In this document: piece by piece, positions 25,101-38,280 of the stretch
Layout: each line of letters starts with the position of its first letter
Position numbering within the stretch: position 1 is the stretch's first letter
DNA from: Eledone cirrhosa
Taxonomy: Eukaryota
Reading direction: 5' to 3'
Assembly: GCA_964016885.1 (NCBI GenBank)
Contig: OZ024762.1
Span: forward strand, 24,118,001 to 24,182,000
Length of the DNA: 64,000 nt
Made by a program: the position numbers and the translations under genes
Notes under the pieces: generated by a model
Told to the model about the DNA's origin: nothing
Database searches by the model: none
What the model saw: the letters and a program-made list of their open reading frames with translations, nothing else

Positions 25101-26794
25101 CACAGTAGCTAGAGAGGTAGGTCAAGGCCACTAAGACAGATCAAGATGTCATTTGACATTCACCGTAGCTAAAGAGGTAGGTCAAGGCCACTAAGCCAGA
25201 ACAAGATCTCATTTGACATTCACCGTAGCTAGAGAGGTAGGTCAAGGCCACTAAGACAGATCAAGATGTCATTTGACATTCACCGTAGCTAGAGAGGTAG
25301 GTCAAGGCCACTAAGACAGATCAAGATCTCATTTGACATTCACAGTAGCTAGAGAGGTAGGTCAAGGCCACTAAGACAGATCAAGATCTCATTTGACATT
25401 CACCGTAGCTAGAGAGGTAGGTCAAGGCCACTAAGACAGATCAAGATGTCATTTGACATTCACAGTAGCTAGAGAGGTAGGTCAAGGCCACTAAGACAGA
25501 TCAAGATGTCATTTGACATTCACAGTAGCTAGAGAGGTAGGTCAAGGCCACTAAGCCAGAACAAGATCTCATTTGACATTCACAGTAGCTAAAGAGGTAG
25601 GTCAAGGCCACTAAGCCAGAACAAGATCTCATTTGACATTCACAGTAGCTAAAGAGGTAGGTCAAGGCCACTAAGCCAGAACAAGATCTCATTTGACATT
25701 CACAGTAGCTAGAGAGGTAGGTCAAGGCCACTAAGCCAGAACAAGATGTCATTTGACATTCACAGTAGCTAGAGAGGTAGGTCAAGGCCACTAAGCCAGA
25801 ACAAGATCTCATTTGACATTCACAGTAGCTAGAGAGGTAGGTCAAGGCCACTAAGCCAGATCAAGATATTTGACATTCACCGTAGCTAGAGAGGTAGTTC
25901 AAGGCCACTAAGCCAGAACAAGATGTCATTTGACATTCACAGTAGCTAGAGAGGTAGGTCAAGGCCACTAAGCCAGATCAAGATATTTGACATTCACAGT
26001 AGCTAGAGAGGTAGTTCAAGGCCACTAAGCCAGAACAAGATCTCATTTGACATTCACAGTAGCTAGAGAGGTAGGTCAAGGCCACTAAGCCAGATCAAGA
26101 TATTTGACATTCACAGTAGCTAGAGAGGTAGGTCAAGGCCACTAAGCCAGAACAAGATGTCATTTGACATTCACAGTAGCTAGAGAGGTAGGTCAAGGCC
26201 ACTAAGCCAGAACAAGATCTCATTTGACATTCACAGTAGCTAGAGAGGTAGGTCAAGGCCACTAAGCCAGATCAAGATATTTGACATTCACAGTAGCTAG
26301 AGAGGTAGGTCAAGGCCACTAAGACAGATCAAGATATTTGACATTCACCGTAGCTAGAGAGGTAGGTCAAGGCCACTAAGACAGATCAAGATATTTGACA
26401 TTCACCGTAGCTAGAGAGGTAGGTCAAGGCCACTAAGCCAGAACAAGATCTCATTTGACATTCACCGTAGCTAGAGAGGTAGGTCAAGGCCACTAAGCCA
26501 GAACAAGATCTCATTTGACATTCACAGTAGCTAAAGAGGTAGGTCAAGGCCACTAAGCCAGAACAAGATCTCATTTGACATTCACAGTAGCTAGAGAGGT
26601 AGGTCAAGGCCACTAAGACAGATCAAGATGTCATTTGACATTCACCGTAGCTAGAGAGGTAGGTCAAGGCCACTAAGCCAGAACAAGATCTCATTTGACA
26701 TTCACCGTAGCTAGAGAGGTAGGTCAAGGCCACCTAATTCACAGTAGTTAGAGAGGTAGGTCAAGGCCACCTAGCCAGACCAAGATGTCATTTG
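19106..26794. repeat. 60-bp satellite array, ~7.7 kb, ~130 units, with 57- and 37-bp variants
   Basis: Unit gtcaaggccactaag(c/a)caga(a/t)caagat(c/g)tcatttgacattcacagtagctagagaggtag. Confidence 0.98.
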
Positions 26795-26959
26795 TAGTAT
26801 TATGGATTGCCTTCAGGCCACTGGGAAAATATGTGAGGGGGGTCAATCCTAAACAATATGAAGTACTGTTTGGTCAGGGTCCCCAGTCACACGTTGGGCT
26901 GGTTTTTTTCATTTTCGATTGGAGATGATGGGCTGACCTGACATGTGGTGGGCGGATCC

Positions 26960-27765
26960 ACCACCATCATCATTATCACTAACCCCACCACCACCACCAC
27001 CACCAAAATCATCATCATCATCATTATAACCACCACTACCAACACTGTTAACCCCACAACCACCATCATCATCATTATAAACACCATCACCAACATCATC
27101 TTCACCATCACAACCAACATCACCATCTGCATCAACACCACCATCACCATCTCCACCAAAATCACAACCAACTCCACCACTACCATCACCACTAACACCA
27201 CCACCAGCATCTCCACCACCACAACCAACATCACCACCATCACCACCACCACCATCTCTACCACCACCATCTCTACCACCACCATCTCTACCACCACCAT
27301 CTCTACCACCACCATCTCTACCACCACCATCACCACCACCACCATCTCTACCACCACCATCTCTACCACCACCATCTCTACCACCACCATCTCTACCACC
27401 AGCACCGCCACCACCACCACCACTACAAACATTACCATTCCACCAACACCACCAAAATCACCACCAACTCCACCATCACCACTACCACCAACACCACCAC
27501 CATCTCCACCACCACAACCAACATGACCACCACATCAACACCACCACTACCAACATCACCATCTCCACCAACACCACCAAAATCACCACCAACTCCACCA
27601 CCACCATCACCACCACCATCTCTACCAACACCACCATCTCCACAACATCACCACCATCTCTACCAACACCAGCATCTCCACCACCATCACCACCACCACC
27701 ACCATCATCACTACCATCTCTACCAATACCACCAACACCACCATCACCATCTCAACCACCACCAC
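26960..27765. repeat. (CCA/CAT)n low-complexity tract
   Basis: Directly visible. Confidence 0.9.
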
Positions 27766-28430
27766 CGATATTATCTAAGAACAACACTATCATCAACAAC
27801 CACAACAATCAAGACAATCTCATTTATTAGACATCCTTCATATGGGGGCTACCTTTGTGACACCCCAGCCCTTCACCACCACCCCACACTCAAACCCAGA
27901 GGACAAAAAATCCACTTGGGTGCTGGGTAACATATGCCCAAATTCCTTGCAACCCCAGTTTTTATTTTTTATTTTGTTCTTCCAGTAACCAAAACCACTC
28001 CCTGTACATATTTCTTCACTGAAGAAGTCACAACCACCTCTTGCTACAAATTAGGTCACCCAAGATCTTGTGTGGTAGGGGCCTGGGTGTGCGTTAGAAG
28101 GTGTTGCAGAGAATTATCTAAACTGTATGTCTATATATATATATATATATATACATGTATATATGTGTGTGTATATATATATGTATATATGTGTATTTAT
28201 TTATATATATATATATATGAAAAAGTATGACCCCGACGGCAGAGCTCAAGCCGTTTCGACGGCTATTTCTGGACAGAAATAGCCGTCGAAACGGCTTGAG
28301 CTCTGCCGTCAGGGTCATACTTTTTCCTATTTCCCACTCTACTACCCTAAGTATTGAGTACTCTGGTGCGTTATGGTCCATCTGGTTCCTTACCACAATT
28401 CCTTTGTTATATATATAATATATATATATA

Positions 28431-29812
28431 TTGTTATACTTGGGGAGGGTCATATTTGCGTAATATTGCCAGAATTAATAACAGAACACACTCACTGTTT
28501 GGTTGGTTTTCGCTTCTCGCTGTCTTTTATATCTGCGATCTAACTTACTCGGTCCTCAATGTTGCCATTGACTGACCGGCGGTCAAAAATAATACAGATA
28601 CAATATAGACACAAACACATATATATATATATAGTTTACATAATTTACATAAATCTTTCGTTGCACATCTGCAACATCGTCAGTGGTGTTATATTCATTG
28701 TTCCTCCTGTTGTGTTGTATGTCTACGCCATTTTTTATTCAGTCTGTCTATATATTTATTTATTTATTTGCTTGTTTGTTTATCTTATTTTATTTTGTCT
28801 TCTTTGCGCATGCGTTTGAGTGTGTGTATAGTGTTATGTGTGATGTGTGTATAGTGTTGTGTCTGCTGGGTGACTAGTGTGTGTTTATGTGCTTGTTGTT
28901 ATTGTGCTTGTGTATGTATTTATTTATCTTATTTTATTTTATTTTATTTACTTATTTATACTTCTCTTAGGTCAGTGTTGTTTGTTTGGGTGTTGTTGTT
29001 GTTCCACTCATTCTTTCTGTTTAGCTTTGGTCTTCTAATTTCTATTTCACTGGCCTCTCTGATTTGCCTATCTGCTGGGTCATTCCTATGTTTAGATATT
29101 ATTCTAATTTCTATGTTGTCTATGTTACCGTCATGTTGTTGTCTAGCATGTTCGTATAGTACTGACCCGTTTTTTCGTCCTTTTAGTTCCCCCCAGTGTT
29201 GGTCTATCCTTTCACCTATGCTACGAGCTGTCTCACCTATGTATGTTGTTGTCATGTTTCTGCAAGTACCCTCTGTACATCTTATGCTATAGACTACGTT
29301 TCTAGTTTTACAGTTTATCCGGGGGTTCACCTTACATATGATACACTTCCTATTGGTACAGTGGGTTTTCTTAAAAGGGTAGGTTTTGCTGATCAGGGAT
29401 TTTATGGTGGTTCCTGGCTTTTCTACCACCTTTATTTTTAAGTGGGTCTTTCTCAGGGCCTTTCCACACTGGTTAGCTAATTTCCCTCCAGGGGTGGCGT
29501 CCACAAACATGACACTCTGATATCTCTGGTTGTCGTACCATGAGGTGGCCTTCCCTATCTTATGTCTAGCCCTATCTAAGCTATTCCATGATTTGCTCCT
29601 GTATAGTGGGCAGGAAATGCTCAGTCAATGGCAACATTGAGGACCGAGTAAGTTAGATCGCAGATATAATAAAAGACAGCGAGAAGCGAAAACCAACCAA
29701 ACAGTGAGTGTGTTCTGTTATTAATTCTGGCAATATTACGCAAATATGACCCTCCCCAAGTATAACAATATCTGTTTCGACACACGATTTCATATAAAAA
29801 ACCTCGCAAAAC
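28431..29812 (-). mobile_element. 5'-truncated Penelope-like element (Neptune/Naiad-like) with inverted pseudo-LTR, in (TA)n
   Basis: Contains a GIY-YIG ORF; 28431-28574 and 29621-29770 are near-identical inverted copies; (TA)n on both sides. Confidence 0.88.
28956..29618 (-). CDS. PLE ORF C-terminal part: RT thumb/linker, Cys-rich motif and GIY-YIG endonuclease (truncated)
   Basis: Frame is open from PLYRSKSW..WY through C..CIIC..C, NVVYSIRC..C..YIGETARSIGERIDQH, H..H, RQIREA, PKLNRKNEW. Confidence 0.85.
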   Translation of the reverse strand: MSCPLYRSKSWNSLDRARHKIGKATSWYDNQRYQSVMFVDATPGGKLANQCGKALRKTHLKIKVVEKPGTTIKSLISKTYPFKKTHCTNRKCIICKVNPRINCKTRNVVYSIRCTEGTCRNMTTTYIGETARSIGERIDQHWGELKGRKNGSVLYEHARQQHDGNIDNIEIRIISKHRNDPADRQIREASEIEIRRPKLNRKNEWNNNNTQTNNTDLREV

Positions 29813-29816
29813 TAAT

Positions 29817-29848
<32 letters not shown>

Positions 29849-29855
29849 ATATGTG

Positions 29856-29915
<60 letters not shown>

Positions 29916-29916
<1 letters not shown>

Positions 29917-30160
29917 CATGGAGGATGACCGATGGGTAAAGAAGTGCCAGGAAATGCCAGTTGAAGGAAGACGTGTTAGAGGTAGACCACGAAAAACATG
30001 GGCAGAGGTGGTGAGAACAGACCTCAGATCATTGAAGCTCACGGTGGAGATGACGAAGGACCGTGACGAGTGGAGAGATGCTGTGCTGAATAAGACCCGT
30101 CCCACCCTTGCAAGCAGGGAAAAGCGGACGTAAAATGATGATGATGATGATGATGATGAT
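29916..30160 (+). mobile_element. RTE LINE 3' end
   Basis: [36 protein letters not shown]...W is a typical RTE C-terminus; ends in a (GAT)n tail. Confidence 0.88.
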
Positions 30161-30167
30161 ATATACA

Positions 30168-30500
30168 AGCGGAAGCTTAGTAAAATCGAAGCTTTGGCTG
30201 TGGGCAAGGAAAGTCGACCTACAATAGGAATGAGTTAGCAAAGCACTCAATAAGGGTAGGTCCTTATAGTAATAACATACGTTTAAATAGCTTGACAAAT
30301 TGAACATTGCAGGAGGCAAAACCCAACACAATACCAAAGTAACGAAAGAACTAACAGGTTAAAAGATACACCTGGACAAATCAAACGATATACGTCTAAA
30401 GTGTTTCTATGAATCCGAAATCATTTATCCAACTTATGTAACAGGCACGCTCGTGGTATTCCATGATGGAACAGAGGATTCATTTCATCAGAGATTCCGT
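30168..30500 (-). mobile_element. Hammerhead-core element, family E; diverged relative at 11947-12130
   Basis: Minus strand ctgatga-a-atgaatcc...ggattcat-a-gaaac with downstream tattgagtgcttt; 30170-30350 aligns with 11947-12130. Confidence 0.55.
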
Positions 30501-30739
30501 TCTGCCCCAAAGCGGTGTGAACAAACAAAATGCGGCTGCTACGAATGTAACCAGCGAAAACTTCGTTGTGACGTGTTATTAACCAACAAGGGAAGCAACC
30601 CCCGGTTTTTGGCGGGTAAATTCAAAGTGTTAACAGGGGAAATATTATAATTTCCGCTCAAACATTCCGATATATATATATAAACATATATACAGACATA
30701 TATATATATATATATATATATATAAACATATATACAGAC

Positions 30740-30771
<32 letters not shown>

Positions 30772-30790
30772 GTATATATATGTATATATG

Positions 30791-30871
<81 letters not shown>

Positions 30872-31189
30872 TTATATATATATATATATATATATACACA
30901 TACACACATATATACATGTGTGTTTTTGCGTGTGTGAGTGTATATATATATATGTTTGTGTGTGTGTGTGTGTGTGTGTGTTAATTAAAAACATATCTGA
31001 AGTAATTAGAGTATGATGGGATTATTTTATCATTTAGTTAGCAAGGGAGAGGAAGCATCTATGACCTCTTTCAGGATCCCTTGAGACCTGCAGGGAAGTA
31101 GGGAGAGGGGGAGAGAGAAGGGGAGAGAGAGCTGGGTTCATCTACTTGCAACAGTGAAGGCTCAGGTAAAGATAGCCAAGGACCAAGTG

Positions 31190-31900
31190 ATGGTGGTGGT
31201 GGTGGTTTTGGTGGTGTTGGTGGTGGTAGTGGTGGTGTTGGTGGTGGTATGGTGGTGGTGGTGGTGTTGGTGGTAGTGTTTGTTGTTGTGGGTTGTAGTG
31301 GTGGTTTTGGGTGTGGTGGTGGTGGTGTTGTTGGTACTGGTGGTGGTGGTTGTGGTGGTAGTGTTGGTGGTGGTAGTGGTTGTGTTGGTGGAGGTAGTGT
31401 TGGTGGTGTTGGTGGTGGTGGTGTTGGTAGTGGTGGTGGTGGTAGTAGTGGTGTTGGTGGTGGTGGTTTATCTATTGATAAATCCCTATGATATCCGCAG
31501 TAGTATTAGCAGCAGTAGGAACCCACCACAAATAACAACACAACTACCACCACTACAAACATCACATTATTATCTGAGTTCAAATCCCGCCGAGGTTAAC
31601 TTTGCCTTTCATCCTTATGTAGTCGATAAAATAAAGTACCAGTAACGCACTGGGCAATTGCTGCCTTGTGCCTAACGTAGAAACAATTATTACCACAAAC
31701 AAAAAAAAAACTACCATTACCACCACCACAAACATCACGCCCACCGCCACCACCACCACCATCGCCACCACGACCACCACCATCGCCACCACGACCACTA
31801 CCACCACCACCACCACAAACATCACGCCTACCACCACCACCACCACAAACATCACGCCTACCACCACCACCACCACAAACATCACGCCCACCGCCACCAA
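31190..31900. repeat. (GGT)n and (CCA)n tracts flanking a SINE fragment
   Basis: Directly visible. Confidence 0.85.
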
Positions 31901-32086
31901 GAGGTGAGAGAATTATGGCTGGATATGGCTGGTTTAAATGCTAAAGGGGTAAGATTTATTTTTTCACTGCTAGAAAGAGGTGGACAGGTCATCAGAGACC
32001 AAGACAGTACTTAATTAGGGCTACTGACCTCCCATATGAACCGGGTGGCTGTATCCTGTGTCATTCTGAGAATTCTGGCTGGATAT

Positions 32087-33818
32087 GTCCAGTTAAATGC
32101 TAAAGGGCCAAGTCATGGACCTCAGTAGGTCGGTATGTCCAGTTTAAATGCTAAAGGGTTAAGCCATGGACCTCTGTAGGTCTGTGTGTCCAGTTTAAAT
32201 GCTAAAGGGTTAAGCCATGGGCCTCAGTAGGTCTGTGTGTCCAGCTTAAATGCTAAAGGGTTAAGCCATGGACCTCAGTAGGTCTGTGTGTCCAGTTTAA
32301 ATGCTAAAGGGTTAAGCCATGGACTTCAGTAGGGCTGTGTGTCCAGTTTAAATGCCAAAGGGTTAAGCCATGGACCTCAGTAGGTCTGTGTGTCCAGCTT
32401 AAATGCTAAAGGGTTAAGCCATGGGCCTCAGTAGGTCTGTGTGTCCAGCTTAAATGCTAAAGGGTTAAGCCATGGACCTCAGTAGGTCTGTGTGTCCAGT
32501 TTAAATGCTAAAGGGTTAAGCCATGGACTTCAGTAGGGCTGTGTGTCCAGTTTAAATGCCAAAGGGTTAAGCCATGGACCTCAGTAGGTCTGTGTGTCCA
32601 GTTTAAATGCTAAAGGGTTAAGCCATGGGCCTCAGTAGGTCTGTGTGTCCAGCTTAAATGCTAAAGGGTTAAGCCATGGACCTCAGTAGGTCTGTGTGTC
32701 CAGCTTAAATGCTAAAGGGTTAAGCCATGGGCCTCAGTAGGTCTGTGTGTCCAGTTTAAATGCTAAAGGGTTAATCCATGGGTCTCAGTAGGTCTGTGTG
32801 TCCAGCTTAAATGCTAAAGGGTTAATCCATGGACCTCAGTAGGTCTGTGTGTTCAGTTTAAATGCTAAAGGGTTAATCCATGGACCTCAGTAGGTCTGTG
32901 TCTCCAGCTTAAATGCTAAAGGGTTAAGCCATGGGCCTCAGTAGGTCTGTGTGTTCAGTTTAAATGCTAAAGGGTTAATCCATGGACCTCAGTAGGTCTG
33001 TGTGTCCAGCTTAAATGCTAAAGGGTTAAGCCATGGGCCTCAGTAGGTCTGTGTTCAGTTTAAATGCTAAAGGGTTAATCCATGGACCTCAGTAGGTCTG
33101 TGTGTCCAGTTTAAATGCTAAAGGGTTAATCCATGGGCCTCAGTAGGTCTGTGTCTCCAGCTTAAATGCTAAAGGGTTAAGCCATGGACCTCAGTAGGTC
33201 TGTGTGTTCAGTTTAAATGCTAAAGGGTTAATCCATGGACCTCAGTAGGTCTGTGTGTCCAGCTTAAATGCTAAAGCGTTAATCCATGGACCTCAGTAGG
33301 TCTGTGTCTCCAGCTTAAATGCTAAAGGGTTAAGCCATGGGCCTCAGTAGGTCTGTGTGTCCAGTTTAAATGCTAAAGGGTTAAGCCATGGGCCTCAGTA
33401 GGTCTGTGTGTTCAGTTTAAATGCTAAAGGGTTAATCCATGGGCCTCAGTAGGTCTGTGTGTTCAGTTTAAATGCTAAAGGGTTAATCCATGGACCTCAG
33501 TAGGTCTGTGTGTTCAGTTTAAATGCTAAAGGGTTAATCCATGGACTTCAGTAGGTCTGTGTGTCCAGCTTAAATGCTAAAGGGTTAAGCCATGGACTTC
33601 AGTAGGTCTGTGTGTCCAGTTTAAATGCTAAAGGGTTAAGCCATGGACTTCAGTAGGTCTGTGTGTCCAGTTTAAATGCTAAAGGGTTAAGCCATGGACC
33701 TCAGTAGGTCTGTGTGTCCAGTTTAAATGCTAAAGGGTTAAGCCATGGACCTCAGTAGGTCTGTGTGTCCAGTTTAAATGCTAAAGGGTTAAGCCATGGA
33801 CCTCAGTAGGCCTGTGTG
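32087..33818. repeat. 51-bp satellite, ~34 copies, each carrying the piggyBac-MITE terminus
   Basis: Unit gtccagtttaaatgctaaagggttaagccatggacctcagtaggtctgtgt. Confidence 0.97.
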
Positions 33819-34082
33819 TATGTCTTAACCAAGTGGTTACTTCATTTATACCTAATATCAAAGCTGATGTTTACGAAGGGATGAAACACAAGCAGAATTA
33901 TAAGATGAGGGCTAAATGATTTAAAGTTATTTTTTAACAATTGATGGTGGAAAAGATTTCAAATTCATCATCATCATCATTGATTAACGTCTATCTTCCA
34001 CGGTAGCATGGGTTAGACGGATTTGTCCCATTTAGAGGCAAGTTGTGTCGGGTGACCGTGTCTTGCTCATATAGGAGTTCAA

Positions 34083-34900
34083 ATTGTCTTAACTTAGGCT
34101 GCAACTTATGGTGTCTGACACTCTTACCGGCTACATAGCCTTGGAGTCTATTTTACCGGGACCGGTTACATAGCCTCTTTCTTTGTCTTAACAATTGTCT
34201 TAACTTAGGTTTCAACTCATAGTATCTGACACTCTTACCGGCTACATAGCCTCTTTCTTTGTCTTAACAATTGTCTTAACTTAGGTTTCAACTCATAGTA
34301 TCTGACACTCTTACCGGCTACATAGCCTTGGAGTCTATTTTACTGGGACCGGTTACATAGCCTCTTTCTTTGTCTTAACAATTGTCTTAACTTAGGCTGC
34401 AACTCATGGTATCTGACACTCTTACCGGCTAAATAGCCTGGGAGTCTATTTTATCGGGACCGGTTACATAGCCTCTTTCTTTGTCTTAACAATTGTCTTA
34501 ACTTAGGCTGCAACTCATGGTATCTGACACTCTTACCGGCTAAATAGCCTGGGAGTCTATTTTACCGGGACCGGTTACATAGCCTCTTTCTTTGTCTTAA
34601 CAATTGTCTTAACTTAGGCTGCAACTCATGGTATCTGACACTCTTACCGGCTAAATAGCCTGGGAGTCTATTTTACCGGGACCGGTTACATAGCCTCTTT
34701 CTTTGTCTTAACAATTGTCTTAACTTAGGCTGCAACTCATGGTATCTGACACTCTTACCGGCTAAATAGCCTGGGAGTCTATTTTACCGGGACCGGTTAC
34801 ATAGCCTCTTTCTTTGTCTTAACAATTGTCTTAACTTAGGCTGCAACTCATGGTATCTGACACTCTTACCGGCTAAATAGCCTGGGAGTCTATTTTACCA
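34083..34900. repeat. 111-bp tandem repeat, ~7-8 copies
   Basis: Unit attgtcttaacttaggctgcaactcatggtatctgacactcttaccggc...gcctctttctttgtcttaaca. Confidence 0.95.
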
Positions 34901-35019
34901 GACGTAGCCTCTTCCTTTTTTATTACAGGATGTTAAGAGTTTTTAAGAGACAAGATTGTCATGGTTAGATGATCTTTCATAATAGGTCTGTTCTGTTAGG
35001 ACTGACCTGGGGCTAAACA

Positions 35020-37782
35020 CCACCACCACCATCGCCACCACCACTGCCACCACCACCACCATCACCACCACCAACAATAACAACATGGTGGGCCTGGCCT
35101 TATCTTATCTTAAGAAAAAGACCCCTTAAAAGATCCTTTGGAAACTTTAACTGAAGCCTGCTTCCATCACCAATGTAGAATCTATATCAGCCAGCACCAC
35201 CACCTCCTCCACCTCCACCAGTACTACCACCACCTCCAGCACCACCACCACTACCACCACCACTACTACCATCACCACCAGCAGCAGCACCACCACCACC
35301 AGCAGCAGCACCACCACCACACATCAACACCACCACCACCTCCACCAGCACCACCTTTTAACCTGTGGTACTACACACCCCTCCCTGCTCTCCATCACAT
35401 ATACTATCTACCCCCTCCCTCTCTCTCTCTACAATCTGTAAGGCTGTTACTCCACCACCATCACCACCATCACCATGATGGTGCCACCTTTTTTTTTTTA
35501 TATATGTGTATTTATGTGTATATATGTGTATATATGTGTATATATGTGTATATATGTGTATATATGTGTATATATGTGTATATATACCTACCATGAGGAA
35601 GCTTCTGTATCACACCTCACTCACTCCTGTTGCTTACCATTCCCTCCCCACCACCACCACCACACAATATATCACCATCGCCACCACCACTACCACTACC
35701 ACTACCATCACCAGCACCACACACTACACTACTACCACCATCAACACACACTACACCAACATTACACTACCACCATCATCACCACCACTATCACCACCAC
35801 CACTATCACCACCAGCTACACCACATACTACACCACCACCATCACCACCACCACATACTACACCACCACCACCATCACTACACCACCTCCATTACCACCA
35901 CACACTACACCACCACCACCACTATCACCACCAGCTACACCACTACCACCATCACATACTACACCACCACCACCACATACTACACCACCACCACTACCAC
36001 CACCACATACTACACCACCACCATCACCACCACCACATACTACACCACTACCACCATCACTACACCACCACCACCACTATCACCACCAGCTACACCACTA
36101 CCACCACATACTACACCACCACCACCATCACTACATCACCACCACTACCACCACCACACACTACACCACCACCACCACCATTACACCACCACGCCACCAC
36201 CAACACCTCCACCACTCCCCTGCCCAGTCAGTAGCAGCAGTACAAGTTAGAATTTAGGCATGTGTTGTTCTCTTGGAGAACATTGAGAAAACTTTGGTCC
36301 ACATGGCACCCCTGTCTCCCCTTCCTCCTCCTCCTTCCTCTTCTTCTTGTCTTGGAGGTATGGTGGGAGGGACAGAGAGAGATATAGACAGACATAGAGG
36401 GGTAGGGGCGGAGACAGAGCAAGATAGGCAGAGAGAGGGGGACAGATAGAGAGAGAGAGAGAAAAGCAGCAATAGAGATGCAGGGATAGATTGGCAAAGA
36501 GAGTTTGAGGCATAGATAGATAGATAGGGAGTAGGGTGAGAGGGGGAGAGATAGACAGACAGAGAGAGATAGAGACATATATATATATAGAGAGAGAGTG
36601 AGAGAGACAGATATATATATATATATAGAGAGAGAGAGGGAGAGAGAGATATTGGGAGACAGAAAGAGAGAAAGATGGTAGTTTGTGAAAGAGGAAGAAC
36701 AGTTTTGAAAGAGTTATAGATAGGGAGTAGGGAGGGAGAGAGAAAGACAGACAGACAACGAGAGAGAGAGAGAAAGAAAAAGAGAGAGAGCGAGAGATGG
36801 TAGTTTTTGAAAGAGGAAAAAGGTTTTGAAAGAGTTTCAGATAGATAGGGAGTAGGGAGAGAGATAGCGAGAGAAAGAGAGAAGCATTGAGAGAGAGAGA
36901 GAGAGAAGTTTGTGAAAGAGGAAAAAGTTTTGAAAGTTTCAGATAGGATAGAAGTCAGAAAAATAACAAAAAAAAAATGGCTTCTTTCTCCCCCACCTCT
37001 CTCTCCCTCTCTCTCTCTCTCTCTGACCTTCTCTTTCTTGCTTCTTTCCCTCTCTCATCGCTCTCTTTCTTTCTTTCTTTCTTCTTCCTCTGACCCCCCT
37101 TCTCATCTCTCTCTCTCTCTCTATCCTTCTTCCTCTGACCCCCCCTCCCGCATCTCTCTCTGTCCCTCTCTTTTTTTCCATTCTTCCTATGACCTCTCCT
37201 CCTTCCTCTGACCTCCCCTCCCATCTCTCTCTCACTGCCCCTCTCCTTCTTTCTCCTTCTTCCTCTCTACTGAAAGTCAAAGACAGACAGATAGGAAGAA
37301 AGGAAGGAAGGATGGAAGGAGGAAAGGAAGATAGAAACAAGAACGCCATCCCCCTACCCATCCCACCCCATCTACCCTCCACTCAGTGTTAAAACTATAG
37401 CCCCACACCCTCCATTGCCCTCCCATACAAACAGCCTCCTCCCCTCCACTAAAAATAAAAAAAAGTTTCTCAGAAGTAAGAAATAACTTACTGTCAGCAG
37501 TAGTGTTTTTTTATTTTGTTTGCTTCTTACTTTTCTTTTTCTTCTTTCTTTTCTCCTTCTTTTCCTTCTTTCTTTTCTCCTTATTTTCCTTCTTTCTTTT
37601 CTTTAAGACATTGATGGTTTTTATTCCAACCAATATAAATCCTCATAGCATCTCAGTTTAGCTACTATACATACATACATATATATATATATACATACAT
37701 ATATAAATATATATATACACATAGATATATATATATATATATACTTGTATATATATCTACATATTACATACACACCCACATA

Positions 37783-37816
<34 letters not shown>

Positions 37817-37965
37817 CATATATATATACATATATATATACATATATATATATATACATATATATATATACATATACATGTACATATATATATACATATA
37901 CATATACACATTCATATATATATACACATACATTTATATATATACACATACATATATATATATAT

Positions 37966-38016
<51 letters not shown>

Positions 38017-38048
38017 CTTATATATATATCTACATATTATATACATAC

Positions 38049-38080
<32 letters not shown>

Positions 38081-38280
38081 CTCACACAGGCACACCTACA
38101 CATACATACCTACCTATAGATAAATAGATATACATTATATAGCTATATACATACATACAGGCACATAAACACATACCTATATACATACATACATATATAT
38201 ATATATACTCACTTCACTCACGCAAACACATACCTATACATTTATTTATATACATATACACACACACATAGACACACATA
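35020..38280. repeat. Extended low-complexity region: (CCA/CTA)n, (AG)n, (CT)n, (TA)n
   Basis: Directly visible; ORFs are His/Thr/Pro or Leu/Ser artefacts. Confidence 0.85.

Noticed and set aside
19126-26613. Cys-rich repeat protein or selenoprotein (TGT/TGA/TCA alternate at one codon) on the minus strand of the 60-bp satellite
   Set aside because: The 37-bp units break the frame repeatedly, there is no start, splice or SECIS evidence, and the other five frames are closed in every unit.
19106-26794. CRISPR-like array
   Set aside because: There are no unique spacers, the repeats are head-to-tail, there are no cas genes, and the context is eukaryotic.
26887-27930. Mucin/extensin-like Thr/Pro-rich ORFs (also 35475-36257)
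   Set aside because: These are (CCA)n microsatellite open in several frames, with no signal peptide or splice context.
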